Assembly: GCA_965366815.1 (NCBI GenBank)
Contig: CBDUGV010000005.1
Span: forward strand, 1-54,234
Direction of reading: 5' to 3'
DNA: 54,234 nt
DNA from: an uncultured Bdellovibrionales bacterium
Lineage (GTDB): Bacteria; Bdellovibrionota_C; UBA2361; SZUA-149
Part shown: piece by piece, positions 28,927 to 39,162 of the stretch
Numbering within the stretch: position 1 is the first letter of the stretch
How the letters are laid out: every line of letters starts with the position of its first letter
Notes under the pieces: model-generated
What the model saw: only the letters and a program-made list of their open reading frames with translations
Database searches by the model: none
What the model was told of the DNA's origin: nothing
Position numbers and translations under genes: made by a program

Positions 28927-29700
28927 TTAAGTCAAAAATTGTCGCACACTTGCGACAAGCGACTCAATCGAATTTGTTTCTGCAACCGCCACAACGTGAA
29001 AGCCAAGTTCCCGAGCAATGAGTGCCGTCTTATCACCCAAGACTGCCACGGGTATACTCCCGACGTGAGTTATGAAATCAGCATCTCCCAACACCTCAAC
29101 CCCCAGTGTGACGAAGTTCTTAACGGTTTGAGAACTGGCAAAGAGTAGGAGATCGAATTGAAGTTCTCGTCTCGATAGAGCCGCAACAAGCTCCATTTCC
29201 GCAGCGGACAGTTTCGGAAGGCCGCTCCTATACACCTCGTACTTCGCAACGAAGAGCCCCTCACGCGAAAGCCGCTGCGGCAGTACCTCACTTGCTAAAT
29301 CTCCACGAAGCAGCACAACGCGAGTCGAACTTGCTGAACGAGTGAGAGAAGAAAGAAACTCTTCGGCAAAGTCTTCTGAGCTCGCGCCTGAACCGACGAA
29401 TGTGGGTTTAATACCTAAATCTCGGAGAACTCGTGCCGTCTTCTCGCCAATAGTCGCCACGCGAACCGTAGTGAGATCAAACAATGGCGAGATCGGGTGG
29501 ACTCCATTCGCACTAGTAAAGATAACCCAATCATCTGCTGACAATTGAGTGAGTGCTGAGACGATTTCAGAGAGATTCTCGCTTGGTTGCAGCTCCAAGC
29601 AAGGAAGATGTTCGACGGTGGCACCCTCCGCTTCGAGCAAGCTCGTTAAGGCGGCACTTTGTTGATGCGCTCGTGTATTGAGTATTCGCCTGCGTCTCAT
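28927..29700 (-). CDS. hemD: Uroporphyrinogen-III synthase
   Basis: ILNTR, DWVIFTSANGV, IGEKTA, LRG, VYRS and FASSQTV motifs. Confidence 0.88.
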   Translation of the reverse strand: MRRRRILNTRAHQQSAALTSLLEAEGATVEHLPCLELQPSENLSEIVSALTQLSADDWVIFTSANGVHPISPLFDLTTVRVATIGEKTARVLRDLGIKPTFVGSGASSEDFAEEFLSSLTRSASSTRVVLLRGDLASEVLPQRLSREGLFVAKYEVYRSGLPKLSAAEMELVAALSRRELQFDLLLFASSQTVKNFVTLGVEVLGDADFITHVGSIPVAVLGDKTALIARELGFHVVAVAETNSIESLVASVRQFLT

Positions 29701-29701
29701 T

Positions 29702-30619
29702 TTACAAGGCTCGTTCTGTTTCTTTCACAGCAATAACACTCTGCAACTCTAGCAACAACGGCTCAATTGCAGAAAGGTCACTTGCTGTATGCCCCAAGAA
29801 TTGTTCCGAGAGCAGCGCCACTCGACTGAAGAGATCTACATAGTGTTTGTTGCTGCGCTTTTCGCCACCAGCGATGAGTACAGCTGATTTTTCGAGAATT
29901 TCCTTGAACACGAGCCTTCGCTGTTCTGAATCGAGCGAAGCGGAAATTAATTTCATTAACGCGTATACTCGAAAGCGATCCATCGCCGGCTCGGCCCGAG
30001 AGAGTTGATCTGCATGGCCACCGTATTTCCGCACGAGCACCTCTTCAACTAAACCAACAGGATACTGTGCGGCTATGCGCAGCCACAGGTCGTAGTCTTC
30101 ACACACGCGCATACGCTCGTCGAAGCCACCAACCCGATCGAACAGAGTACGCCGCAACAATACTGAGGAAGGACTGATACAGCAGAGCTTCAAGCAAGCG
30201 GCGAAGGCATCTCCACTCGGCTTCGCATGGATTGCTCGCTGATTGACAAAGCGCCCCTTTCGAATCCACTCTTCGTTGCTCTGACAAATCTCTATATCCG
30301 GATACTGTTTGACGAACTCAATCTGTCGCTGGAGTTTATCGGGAAACCATTCATCGTCGGAATCTAAGAACGCAATCCAACTACCTGATGACTGCTGCAC
30401 ACCGACATTGCGCGCTGCCGCAACACCGCGATGCGAAACACGAAGATACCGCACACCACGCTCGGCTAAAAACTGCTGCAACTCTGACATGTCTTGATCG
30501 GACCCATCGTCAACCACAATAAGTTCGTAGTCACGATACCGTTGCTGGAGAACTGACTCTGCGGCACGACGAGTCCATACAGAGCGATTATGAGTGGGAA
30601 GGATAACTGAGACCTTCAT
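29702..30619 (-). CDS. Glycosyltransferase family 2
   Basis: VSVILPTHNR, IVVDDGS, AARNVG, FLDSDD and CEDYDLWLR motifs; start at ATG 30619. Confidence 0.92.
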   Translation of the reverse strand: MKVSVILPTHNRSVWTRRAAESVLQQRYRDYELIVVDDGSDQDMSELQQFLAERGVRYLRVSHRGVAAARNVGVQQSSGSWIAFLDSDDEWFPDKLQRQIEFVKQYPDIEICQSNEEWIRKGRFVNQRAIHAKPSGDAFAACLKLCCISPSSVLLRRTLFDRVGGFDERMRVCEDYDLWLRIAAQYPVGLVEEVLVRKYGGHADQLSRAEPAMDRFRVYALMKLISASLDSEQRRLVFKEILEKSAVLIAGGEKRSNKHYVDLFSRVALLSEQFLGHTASDLSAIEPLLLELQSVIAVKETERAL

Positions 30620-30629
30620 CGCGCAACAC

Positions 30630-31286
30630 TCACTCTGCTGGATCGACCAATGCTCCAATTGCATCGCAGAGTTCTGTAACCCCACGCTTTTTCTTCGCAC
30701 CGGCGCTCGTTAAGAATACCGACTGCTTCGAGACATCGAGGGAATCTGCCGCCAAGGTTCGGCAACTTGCCAACTTATTATTGGAAAGCTTGTCTGTTTT
30801 GGTAAGGACAAATAGTTTTTCTGCCGGAATATCGAGATGGAAGAACCAGGATTCTTGATCAGAAACGTCTCGACGGGAATCAGAGAGCAACGTCAAAACA
30901 GAAACCGTCTCTCGCGAAAGCAAATAAGAAGAAATTAACTTATCCCAATGCTTGCGCATTGCCTTTGGAACGTTCGCATGGCCGTACCCCGGCAAATCGA
31001 CAAAATAGGTTTCAAAATCTCTTCGCTCACCCGATTCGACCGACTCTGCGATCATCCGAACTGTGAAAAAATTGAGCAGCTGCGTACGTCCTGGGGTTTT
31101 ACTTACGCGAGCCAGCGCTTTCTGCCCACAAAGTGAATTCAACAAGGTCGATTTACCTGAATTCGATCTTCCGGCAAACACGATCTCCGGGCGATCGGCT
31201 GGAGGCAGCTGATGAAGCGCATCGACGCTGAGCAAAAAATCGGCTTCTGCAATCCGATATCGAATTGACTCTCGGGAGTCGCTCAC
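30630..31286 (-). CDS. engB: Ribosome biogenesis GTP-binding protein YihA/YsxC
   Basis: GRSNSGKS, SKTPGRTQ, DLPGYG and TKTD G-motifs. Confidence 0.93.
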   Translation of the reverse strand: MSDSRESIRYRIAEADFLLSVDALHQLPPADRPEIVFAGRSNSGKSTLLNSLCGQKALARVSKTPGRTQLLNFFTVRMIAESVESGERRDFETYFVDLPGYGHANVPKAMRKHWDKLISSYLLSRETVSVLTLLSDSRRDVSDQESWFFHLDIPAEKLFVLTKTDKLSNNKLASCRTLAADSLDVSKQSVFLTSAGAKKKRGVTELCDAIGALVDPAE

Positions 31287-31468
31287 TGATTAACTTGCCC
31301 CATATCTGCAGCAGTATTCGGATCCGATTCAAGTCGTTGCTGAAGCGCCCGAATTTCTTCAGACAGCCGACTTTGCGAGCGAACCATGCGAATAACAAAA
31401 ATCGCCAGAATTCCCCAAATTACGCTGTAGCCAAAAAATAAATCGAGATAAGTATTTGGCACTTCCAT
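31283..31468 (-). CDS. ccmD: Heme exporter protein D-like
   Basis: 61 aa, one TM (LFFGYSVIWGILAIFV) followed by a charged coil; directly after ccmC. Confidence 0.7.
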   Translation of the reverse strand: MEVPNTYLDLFFGYSVIWGILAIFVIRMVRSQSRLSEEIRALQQRLESDPNTAADMGQVNQ

Positions 31469-31486
31469 CTACGCGGTCTCCTCAAA

Positions 31487-32206
31487 CTACGAGCGCAGTC
31501 TTCGCTGTAGTGACTGCTTCTCATCCATCAATAACAAAGTCTGTAGCTTGCTCAACATCAACCAAAAGGAAAGGAGAATAACTGAAACATTTGCAAGGAT
31601 CAGGGTGTAGACAAAGCTTGCATCCCGCAGGCCGCGCTTCGCCACCACTTCCGGGTGAAGCTGCTGCGACTGATCCAACAATTTAATTGAAAAGATAACC
31701 AAAGGAACATTTACTGCGGCAAGAATTCCAAGCACGGCCGCAAAGTTGCGCTGTCGCGGATGCTCAGTCAGCAACATTCGCAGCAAAAGATACGAGAGCA
31801 AAAGCAGCCAGAGCACTAAAAACGAGACGAGCCGTGGCTCCCAACGCCACCAAGTGTTCCAAGCCGAATGACCCCAAATCATTCCCGAGGCCAGCACAAC
31901 GGAACAAAATACGAAGGCGACTGATCCCGCTGCCTCAGCTAATCGGTCCCATTGCACAACTCGTTTGGACAAGTACATGATACTGGCGACAAACAGCACC
32001 GCAATCATCGCATAAGCGGCCATTGCCGCACCGACATGAAAGTAGAAGATTCGCTGCACTGCCCCCATCACCTGTTCATTGGGCACCACCATAAAGATAC
32101 AGTACTGCGTCAGAGTTATGGCAACCACAACGACGAGAGGAAGTACACGCCTCAGCCAGAGACTCGAAAGAAGGGTTTGTGCAGAAAGAAGTTTTTGTAT
32201 GTCCAT
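31487..32206 (-). CDS. ccmC: Heme exporter protein C
   Basis: RIFYFHV, WWD-type motif WGHSAWNTWWRWEPRL, and LHP. Confidence 0.92.
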   Translation of the reverse strand: MDIQKLLSAQTLLSSLWLRRVLPLVVVVAITLTQYCIFMVVPNEQVMGAVQRIFYFHVGAAMAAYAMIAVLFVASIMYLSKRVVQWDRLAEAAGSVAFVFCSVVLASGMIWGHSAWNTWWRWEPRLVSFLVLWLLLLSYLLLRMLLTEHPRQRNFAAVLGILAAVNVPLVIFSIKLLDQSQQLHPEVVAKRGLRDASFVYTLILANVSVILLSFWLMLSKLQTLLLMDEKQSLQRRLRS

Positions 32207-32226
32207 AACTTCAAAAGGTATAGCAT

Positions 32227-32907
32227 TTATCGCGTGACGTGCTCAAACAGCAGCCACGATAAGGTAATAGAAATCACGTCAAAGCCGCACACGAGGGCAA
32301 ACCAGAAGCTACTCATCTCGATGCTTCCGGAAGCGATAACCTCGCGGGTGAGAAAAACCGCACCGGCCAACAACGGCAAACAAAGTGGAAAGAGCATTAT
32401 CGGCAACAACACCTCGCGAGACCTACTGCATACCGCCATCGCCGACAGCAAGGTTCCCAAACCGGCAAAACCGACTGCGGTCAGAAAGACAACGAGGAAG
32501 AGAGACCCAGCGACACTATGAAGAGCCACATTGAACAGCAAGCTATGCACAAACAAAACGAGGAGTTGTACTACTACCATAAACAACAAGTTGCTGAAGA
32601 ACTTGGAGAAGTACAGGAGTGCCGGATCAACTGGAGTCAAGAGCACTCCTTGCATCGCACCATTTTCTTGTTCGGTCAGAAACGAGTAGTTCAACGCCAA
32701 GACACCGCTAAACAAAAATATCAACCAGACGATTCCCGGAGTCAACGCCTTCAACTCCTCCTCTCCATATCCGATCTGACGAAACGCAAAACTCGATACC
32801 ACGACGAGCAACAGTGCAAATCCGAGGGTCGCCAAAAGCTGCGGCGTCGCGCGCCATAGACAGATGATATCCTTCTTCAAGAGTAACTGGAGTTGCCCCG
32901 TCATCAA
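32227..32907 (-). CDS. ccmB: Heme exporter protein B
   Basis: Six TM; PGIVWL, E.ENG and REVLLPIMLFPL motifs; follows ccmA. Confidence 0.9.
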   Translation of the reverse strand: MMTGQLQLLLKKDIICLWRATPQLLATLGFALLLVVVSSFAFRQIGYGEEELKALTPGIVWLIFLFSGVLALNYSFLTEQENGAMQGVLLTPVDPALLYFSKFFSNLLFMVVVQLLVLFVHSLLFNVALHSVAGSLFLVVFLTAVGFAGLGTLLSAMAVCSRSREVLLPIMLFPLCLPLLAGAVFLTREVIASGSIEMSSFWFALVCGFDVISITLSWLLFEHVTR

Positions 32908-33614
32908 TTGGCTCCTCCGTCCGGACGTGTTCCCCCGCTGGCAACCCCTCCTGCGAGTGAATACTCCCTCACGAGGCGACCAGATTCAAGGATGATAGCT
33001 CGACTTGCTAAAGACTGTACCCGCTCAATCAAATGGGTGGCAAGAATTGCACTACCGCCGTCTGCGGCGTGCCGCTGTAACAATTCAGTAAGTCGATCGC
33101 ATCCCTCTTGGTCAAGGTGTGCGTAGGGCTCATCGAGCAGTAGTAGACGAGGCGAACCCAAGAACGTGCGAGCAGCTCCCGCTCGGCGCACCATACCCTG
33201 CGAACATTCACGAACTCTGCGGTCCGCGACCGCCGCAAGCCCACAGAGTTCAAGAATTCGATTCACCTCTGCTTTCCTTTCAGAAATCCGGTGCATACCA
33301 GCGAGAAATTCCAAGTTCTCGCGAATACTCAGATCGGCATACAGCAAACTGTCCTGCGGGAGATAGCCAATACCATGATCGCGCTTGCAGCTGCGATACT
33401 GCTCGGAAGAACTCAGATCCAAGTCACCTATTCGCACAACACCATCATCCGGTAACTGCATGCCAGCCACACATTGCAGAAGCGTCGATTTGCCAGCCCC
33501 ATTGGAACCGACTATCGCCACAGTTTCTCCCGATTCAATTGAGAAAGTTACTTGATTGAGGGCAGTCAGAGAGCCGTAGTAGCGCGATACTCGTTCGAGA
33601 GTGACATACCCCAT
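32904..33614 (-). CDS. ccmA: Heme exporter ABC ATPase
   Basis: GSNGAGKST, CSQGMVRR, LLLDEP and H-loop ATH; lies within the ccm operon. Confidence 0.88.
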   Translation of the reverse strand: MGYVTLERVSRYYGSLTALNQVTFSIESGETVAIVGSNGAGKSTLLQCVAGMQLPDDGVVRIGDLDLSSSEQYRSCKRDHGIGYLPQDSLLYADLSIRENLEFLAGMHRISERKAEVNRILELCGLAAVADRRVRECSQGMVRRAGAARTFLGSPRLLLLDEPYAHLDQEGCDRLTELLQRHAADGGSAILATHLIERVQSLASRAIILESGRLVREYSLAGGVASGGTRPDGGAN

Positions 33615-33625
33615 AAGAAAATTAT

Positions 33626-33970
33626 CTAAGCTGCAACATCCAGAACTTCTGTAGCTTTTCCTTCTGTCTGTTCAACTCCACTCAAGCGGTCGACGATCTC
33701 AACACAAGCCATCGCCTCATGGGTGAGCTCGGCTTTACTCTGTTGATAGTCCTCTTCCGAGAGCTTCTCCGAAAGATACTCCTGTTCGAGATCTTCAAGG
33801 GCCTGAAGCACTCTCTCTTTTCGCTCAATCGCGTCACGAACAATCTGCACATGCTCTGCGACTCCCCGTTGGTTCTCAGCTTGCTGAAAAAACGGCAGCA
33901 CAATCGCCCAACTGATAATCAAAGCGAAAAAAAGTGAAACCGCTAACATGACAAGTGATGCAATCGCCAT
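33626..33970 (-). CDS. Small membrane protein resembling the CcmI/CycH N-terminus
   Basis: TM ending LPFF followed by LEDLEQEYLSEKLSEEDY; located between ccmF and ccmA. Confidence 0.6.
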   Translation of the reverse strand: MAIASLVMLAVSLFFALIISWAIVLPFFQQAENQRGVAEHVQIVRDAIERKERVLQALEDLEQEYLSEKLSEEDYQQSKAELTHEAMACVEIVDRLSGVEQTEGKATEVLDVAA

Positions 33971-33982
33971 CCCCTTTCCTCC

Positions 33983-36022
33983 CTACACCGCTGCCGAGCG
34001 AGCAGCTCGGTCTGCCGCAAGCTGTGAGACATTTACCGATTCGTGTTGAAACAATCCCTGCCCAATGAGGACAATCGAACCCAGCAATACGACGACACCA
34101 CCAAACCAGAGCCACACCTGAAGCGGATTGATAAACACCTTAAAAAGCACTGGCATAGTGGTAAGATCATTGCCCGCCTGCCCAGGCGGCACATCGAGCC
34201 CAGTGAGAGCCAGATAAAGATCTTCTCGAGGGGTCATACGAAGTTCTACCTCCGTGGTGATTTCTTGACTCGCCCGATACGATCGACGCTCGGGATACAT
34301 CCAAGCAAGCACTTCAGTGCTCGCGGCATCTCTCACTTCAATTTCTGAGACGAGAGCAACATAGTTATCGAATGCTTCCTGCTTAAGTGATTTCAAAGTG
34401 AGAAGATAGCGTCCGACGACGGTTTGCTCATTCACTTTGAGACTGATGTCCTTCTCCGTTTTGTAGGCCATTGATGCAGTAATCGCGACTGCCATAATCG
34501 CGACTCCAAGATGAACAAGGAATCCACCATAGCGTCGAGGCTTCCGTTTCACGACTGAAACAAGCCCGCGCGCCACACCATCATCGGTCAGCTGTCGACG
34601 AACCTTCAAGGCTCTACGGAATTCAGCTTCTATCGTCGCCAAAACAAATACACTAAGACCGAAGGCAACCGCCGGATAGATCCGTGCTGGGTCAATGACC
34701 AAGAACACAATGGTAATTATCGACCCTGCAATGAGCGGTCGCGAAAAAACCCTGAGCAGTGCTTTCTTTGACGAACGACGCCAAGAAATCAGCGGCCCAA
34801 CACCCATCAGGAAAATAAGTATTAAAAAGAGCGGTACATTCACTTGGTTAAAAAATGGTGGTCCGACCACGCTTTTTTCACCAGCAACTGCTTCACTAAT
34901 TACCGGAAACATCACACCCCAGAAAGTTGCAAAACAGATGCCGAGCAGCGCAAGGTTGTTAAAGAGAAAAGCCGCTTCCCGGGAAAAATAGCTCTGCAGT
35001 TGATTCTCTGGTCTCAAAGAATGACGTCGATAGAACAGCAGTGACACGGTCAGTACGCTCAAGACTGCCAAATACAAAAGAAAGACCCAACCAACATCAG
35101 TCTCGGCAAAGGCATGAACGCTTTGGACAATGCCAGAACGGGTTAAAAAGGTACCAAAGACCGTGAGTCCATAGGTGACTACAGAAAGGCAGACATTCCA
35201 GACCTTCAACATGCCGCGCTGTTCTTGCACCATGACTGAATGCAGATATGCGGTGCCGGTCAACCAAGGGAGGAAGGAAGCATTTTCAACTGGGTCCCAC
35301 GCCCAAAAGCCGCCCCATCCCAACTCGATATACGCCCAGTTGCCTCCAAGAATGATTCCGGCAGTAAGAAAGGCCCAAGCAACGAGAGTCCAGCGTCTGG
35401 TAAGCCGAATCCAACTATCACTCAGATTACCGCTCGCCAACGCAGCAATACAAAAGGCAAAGGGCACCACAAATCCAGTGAACCCTGTGTAGAGCATCGG
35501 TGGATGAATCATCATCGACGGGTTCTGCAAAAGGGGATTCAGACCATTCCCGTCAAGGAGCGGAGTCGCGTGAGGAACCAATCGAAAGGGATTTGTAAGA
35601 AAAGTAACAACGACTAAAAAGAATCCGGTCGCACCGCTCAACACCGGGACTACCCATGCGAGAAGATCTCTCGGTACTTTGTGCGAACGCCATACCACGG
35701 TCGCCGCAAAAATCGTCATAATGACTGCCCAGAGCAACATCGAACCATCCATTCCACCCCAAATGGCGGAAAAGAGATACATCGGCGGCATCGCATTATT
35801 CGAAGTTTGCCACACATACACATATCGATAATCGTGAACGAGAAACGCTTGCGCGAGCGCCAGAAAGGAGACGACTGAAAACAAACAACAGAGATAGACA
35901 CTGTTCCTCGCAGACCGAATCAGCGATTGTTTCCCGGATTTTGCACCCCAGAATCCAGCAAGCAATCCGTACATCGATAGCAACCATGCGCAAACCAGCG
36001 AAAAGTGTCCCAAGTCAATCAT
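33983..36022 (-). CDS. ccmF: Cytochrome c heme lyase subunit CcmF
   Basis: GLNPLLQ, IHPP, WAYIELGWGGFWAWDPVENAS and SVHAF motifs. Confidence 0.96.
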   Translation of the reverse strand: MIDLGHFSLVCAWLLSMYGLLAGFWGAKSGKQSLIRSARNSVYLCCLFSVVSFLALAQAFLVHDYRYVYVWQTSNNAMPPMYLFSAIWGGMDGSMLLWAVIMTIFAATVVWRSHKVPRDLLAWVVPVLSGATGFFLVVVTFLTNPFRLVPHATPLLDGNGLNPLLQNPSMMIHPPMLYTGFTGFVVPFAFCIAALASGNLSDSWIRLTRRWTLVAWAFLTAGIILGGNWAYIELGWGGFWAWDPVENASFLPWLTGTAYLHSVMVQEQRGMLKVWNVCLSVVTYGLTVFGTFLTRSGIVQSVHAFAETDVGWVFLLYLAVLSVLTVSLLFYRRHSLRPENQLQSYFSREAAFLFNNLALLGICFATFWGVMFPVISEAVAGEKSVVGPPFFNQVNVPLFLILIFLMGVGPLISWRRSSKKALLRVFSRPLIAGSIITIVFLVIDPARIYPAVAFGLSVFVLATIEAEFRRALKVRRQLTDDGVARGLVSVVKRKPRRYGGFLVHLGVAIMAVAITASMAYKTEKDISLKVNEQTVVGRYLLTLKSLKQEAFDNYVALVSEIEVRDAASTEVLAWMYPERRSYRASQEITTEVELRMTPREDLYLALTGLDVPPGQAGNDLTTMPVLFKVFINPLQVWLWFGGVVVLLGSIVLIGQGLFQHESVNVSQLAADRAARSAAV

Positions 36023-36034
36023 TATCGGTATCTA

Positions 36035-36472
36035 CTATTCAGAATAAGAGTAAGTCTGCTCAGTGCTATTCTTTGCAGCACCCGGAACAGGAGGTTCATA
36101 TTTTGACGGACATTGGGTCATGAGCGAAGAAGCGGCAAACGTCGTCCCGTCATAGTCGCCCTCTAAAATAACGTCACGTCCATTCTTGAGCGTGTCGGGG
36201 ATATTTCCCTCATACACGACCGGAATAATCTCGCTCGCAGCATCGGTAATATCTCGCACCTTAAAGTGTACCTGGCGCGTGGGTTGGCTCAGATAGCGAA
36301 TCTCGTCTTCGGCGACTCTTGCTCCGAGCCGCACAGAGCTTCGCTCACTGCCCTCAGTGACCAACTCTTTCACCGTTACAACTGACTTCGCGGTACTGGA
36401 GACTGCAGAGTACATCAACACTGACAAAGTGCCTGCAACAACCACGATGGCGATTAAAAACTTAGAATTCAT
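36035..36472 (-). CDS. ccmE: Heme chaperone CcmE, CxxxY variant
   Basis: N-terminal TM, V.YEG.IPD, and heme-binding motif CPSKY in place of HxxxY. Confidence 0.92.
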   Translation of the reverse strand: MNSKFLIAIVVVAGTLSVLMYSAVSSTAKSVVTVKELVTEGSERSSVRLGARVAEDEIRYLSQPTRQVHFKVRDITDAASEIIPVVYEGNIPDTLKNGRDVILEGDYDGTTFAASSLMTQCPSKYEPPVPGAAKNSTEQTYSYSE

Positions 36473-36591
36473 ATGCAAATATCGGCGTTTGAAGTAGCGG
36501 CATTGTATACTTCATTAGGGGGTAAAAGCCAACGTATAGACTGTTGCTGGGAACTGCTGAGAACTAAAACCGACTTAATTGAAGCAAAAAG

Positions 36592-38109
36592 CTAGGGACC
36601 AAGCGGCTGGATCACTCGAATGCCAAGTTCTCGCTTTACTTCGCGGATTTTCTTATCAATATGATCGGTTATCCACTTTGCATCCCACCACTCTTCCGGT
36701 CGAACTGGAACGCCGTGTAGACGAAACTGAAAACCAACTCCCGACTTAGGTATGAGGCCGCTTGCGCCGGCGCGTCCTACGACGCCTCCCTTGGCCAATT
36801 CGTCACCTTCAGTACACTCGTAGGAGGCTAGATGACTATACATAGTCGAAAGTCCAAAGCCGTGATCAACAATCACCGTCTTGCCGTAGGGGCCGAACTC
36901 GTCGACAAAAACAACTTTTCCGGAATTTGCTGCGCCAACGGCACGCCCGGATGGCGCAATATACAACAGCTCTTCAACTCTCGTTGTTCCAAGAAGCGTA
37001 TCTTCAAACATCCAATTAAGAGTATCGCCGAATCGCAACGAAAGTTGTCTTCCAGGAGGTCGACCAAAAACACCTCGCCAAAACATTTGTCCCTTCGGTC
37101 TTGCAAACAGCGGCTTTGCCGCCTCTTCGACCAACTTCCGGTATTCCTCGTTTACCGCAGTAAATCGCTCTACTCGTTCGCTATTCTTTATCGCAGGAAA
37201 ATATTCCCTTTCACTTACTCCACCAACTTTCGGCTCGGTGAGCAGATATTGTTCATAGGTTCTTTCAACTGCTTGCTCGAGAAACGCTTGAGTGACCTTC
37301 AATGTGCGAACAGCACCCTTCCGCTCACGAACCCGATAGTAAATCGAAGTCGTCGTCGTGTTCCCGACATTGTCTCGGGCAAGAAGTCTGATTTTACTTT
37401 GATCTGAATCAAAATCGAGCGGAATGGCAAACAGTGCAAAATATACGTCAGGAGTTTCTCTAAAAGCTGAATCTAAGGAAATCGCCGGAAATCCGGGGAA
37501 TAAGAGCGAACCAACAATGATCCCACTGAATGCATTGGAATCATTCGTGAGCCGATAAAACACCAACTCAACTCCCCCCTGAACTGCGTTATGCTGCTTC
37601 GTCAGTACTTCAATTTCGGGAAACTCATAGTCAATTTGAAGTTTCGCGGAAGCACGAGACGTATTGCTCCAGAAACTGCGATCAAAAGCGATGACAGTTA
37701 TCTGTAGATCTCCTTCATACAAACCCAGCTCCTTGGCATTAATCGGAATCTGAATAAGATCGTCAGTTACTTTTGTCGGATAACTTTTGCGAAAAAGATC
37801 TCTTGTTTGTTTCGCCTGAGTCGCTCGCACGATTACCTGATCGAGGCCAGCTCCAGCATCACCTACCTGAATGGTCAACTCAACTGGCGTGGTTCCAATG
37901 CCAAAGGGAGGATCCGGAATGCTCACCACTGGAGCGGTACGCTCCGCAATGCCGTTGTAAAAATTACTTACCGCATCGTGAACCCGAAAATAAAGCGCGA
38001 GAGAAAGTAAGATGCCTAAAAAGAAAATGACAAACCCCATCCGCGAGCGTTTGCGGACGGTGGGTTTCCCCGTGCCAAATGGTCCAAATCCAGGCGTGCT
38101 ATCAGCCAT
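36592..38109 (-). CDS. M23/LytM-family protein with degenerate active site
   Basis: AANSGKVVFV..GPYGKTVIVDHGFGLSTMYSHL...G..GASG...VPVRP.EW. The HxxxD and HxH zinc-ligand motifs are absent. Confidence 0.85.
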   Translation of the reverse strand: MADSTPGFGPFGTGKPTVRKRSRMGFVIFFLGILLSLALYFRVHDAVSNFYNGIAERTAPVVSIPDPPFGIGTTPVELTIQVGDAGAGLDQVIVRATQAKQTRDLFRKSYPTKVTDDLIQIPINAKELGLYEGDLQITVIAFDRSFWSNTSRASAKLQIDYEFPEIEVLTKQHNAVQGGVELVFYRLTNDSNAFSGIIVGSLLFPGFPAISLDSAFRETPDVYFALFAIPLDFDSDQSKIRLLARDNVGNTTTTSIYYRVRERKGAVRTLKVTQAFLEQAVERTYEQYLLTEPKVGGVSEREYFPAIKNSERVERFTAVNEEYRKLVEEAAKPLFARPKGQMFWRGVFGRPPGRQLSLRFGDTLNWMFEDTLLGTTRVEELLYIAPSGRAVGAANSGKVVFVDEFGPYGKTVIVDHGFGLSTMYSHLASYECTEGDELAKGGVVGRAGASGLIPKSGVGFQFRLHGVPVRPEEWWDAKWITDHIDKKIREVKRELGIRVIQPLGP

Positions 38110-38154
38110 TCTGCTTGCTCATACCCTTGCTGGTTAAGGAGTTCCCCCATTCGA

Positions 38155-39162
38155 TCACATTTCAAGCCGATCGGACAGAAACTCTTTGAGCTTAGCCTTG
38201 AGACGGCTCTCAATCTGTCGAATACGCTCCCGGCTCACACCAAATTGGTCGGCTATTACTTGGAGTGTCACTGGGTCCTCTGTAAAGAGGCGCTGGTCAA
38301 TAATGACCTTCTCCTTTTCGTCAACCTGATCCTTAAACTGTAACACCGCCTCGCGCAAGACATCATCGAATTGCTCCTGTACTACCACCTCTTCTGCGGT
38401 ATCAGCCTCATCTGCCAGCACCCCGTGGAGATCGAGCGCATCATCGCCCTGGCCAACTGGCTGATCGACACTCATATCGGGTAGCGCCAGCCGTTGTTGC
38501 ATCTCTATAACTTCGGACTCCTTCACATCAAGTCGCTCAGCAAGCAGCTTGGCTTCGGGTACAAATCCCTCGCGTTCAAGTTTCTGCTTCTCCTTCATGA
38601 GATTAAAGAACAACTTTCTCTGTGCTTGTGTCGTACCGACCTTCACTAAGCGAACGTTATTAATGAGATAACGGAGCATATAGGCGCGGACCCAATACAC
38701 GGCATACGAAGGAAAGCGCACTCCTCGAAATGGGTCGTATTTCTTTACTGCTTCGAGTAAGCCAATGTTCCCTTCTTGCACCAAGTCCAAAACGTTCTGC
38801 ACATTCCTCTGATACTCGCGGGCAATCATCACGACGAGCCGCAGGTTCGCGAGGACCAGTTTGTACCCCGCCGCTTTGTCACCATCTTGAAAGCGCAGAG
38901 CCAACTCATGCTCCTCTTCTCGTGTGAGAGTTGGGAGATGCCGTATCTCTGCCAGATATCGACGCAAGGGGTCATATTGAACGATCTCTTTTGAACTACT
39001 TCGTGACTTTTTCTTCGAGGAACTTGTGGTAGCTGGAACGAGATCTTTGGGATCTGGAATGAGTTCCGCATCAAGCTCGGGCACGTCCGACTCTGAATCA
39101 TCTGAATCAGCTGAGACAATTTCTGGCTCAATCGCTTTGGAAACTTTCTTTTTTCTACTCAT
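38155..39162 (-). CDS. rpoH: RNA polymerase sigma-32 (RpoH)-family factor
   Basis: NLRLVV, DLVQEGNIGL, RpoH box TTQAQRKLFFNL and SRERIRQIE. Confidence 0.85.
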   Translation of the reverse strand: MSRKKKVSKAIEPEIVSADSDDSESDVPELDAELIPDPKDLVPATTSSSKKKSRSSSKEIVQYDPLRRYLAEIRHLPTLTREEEHELALRFQDGDKAAGYKLVLANLRLVVMIAREYQRNVQNVLDLVQEGNIGLLEAVKKYDPFRGVRFPSYAVYWVRAYMLRYLINNVRLVKVGTTQAQRKLFFNLMKEKQKLEREGFVPEAKLLAERLDVKESEVIEMQQRLALPDMSVDQPVGQGDDALDLHGVLADEADTAEEVVVQEQFDDVLREAVLQFKDQVDEKEKVIIDQRLFTEDPVTLQVIADQFGVSRERIRQIESRLKAKLKEFLSDRLEM

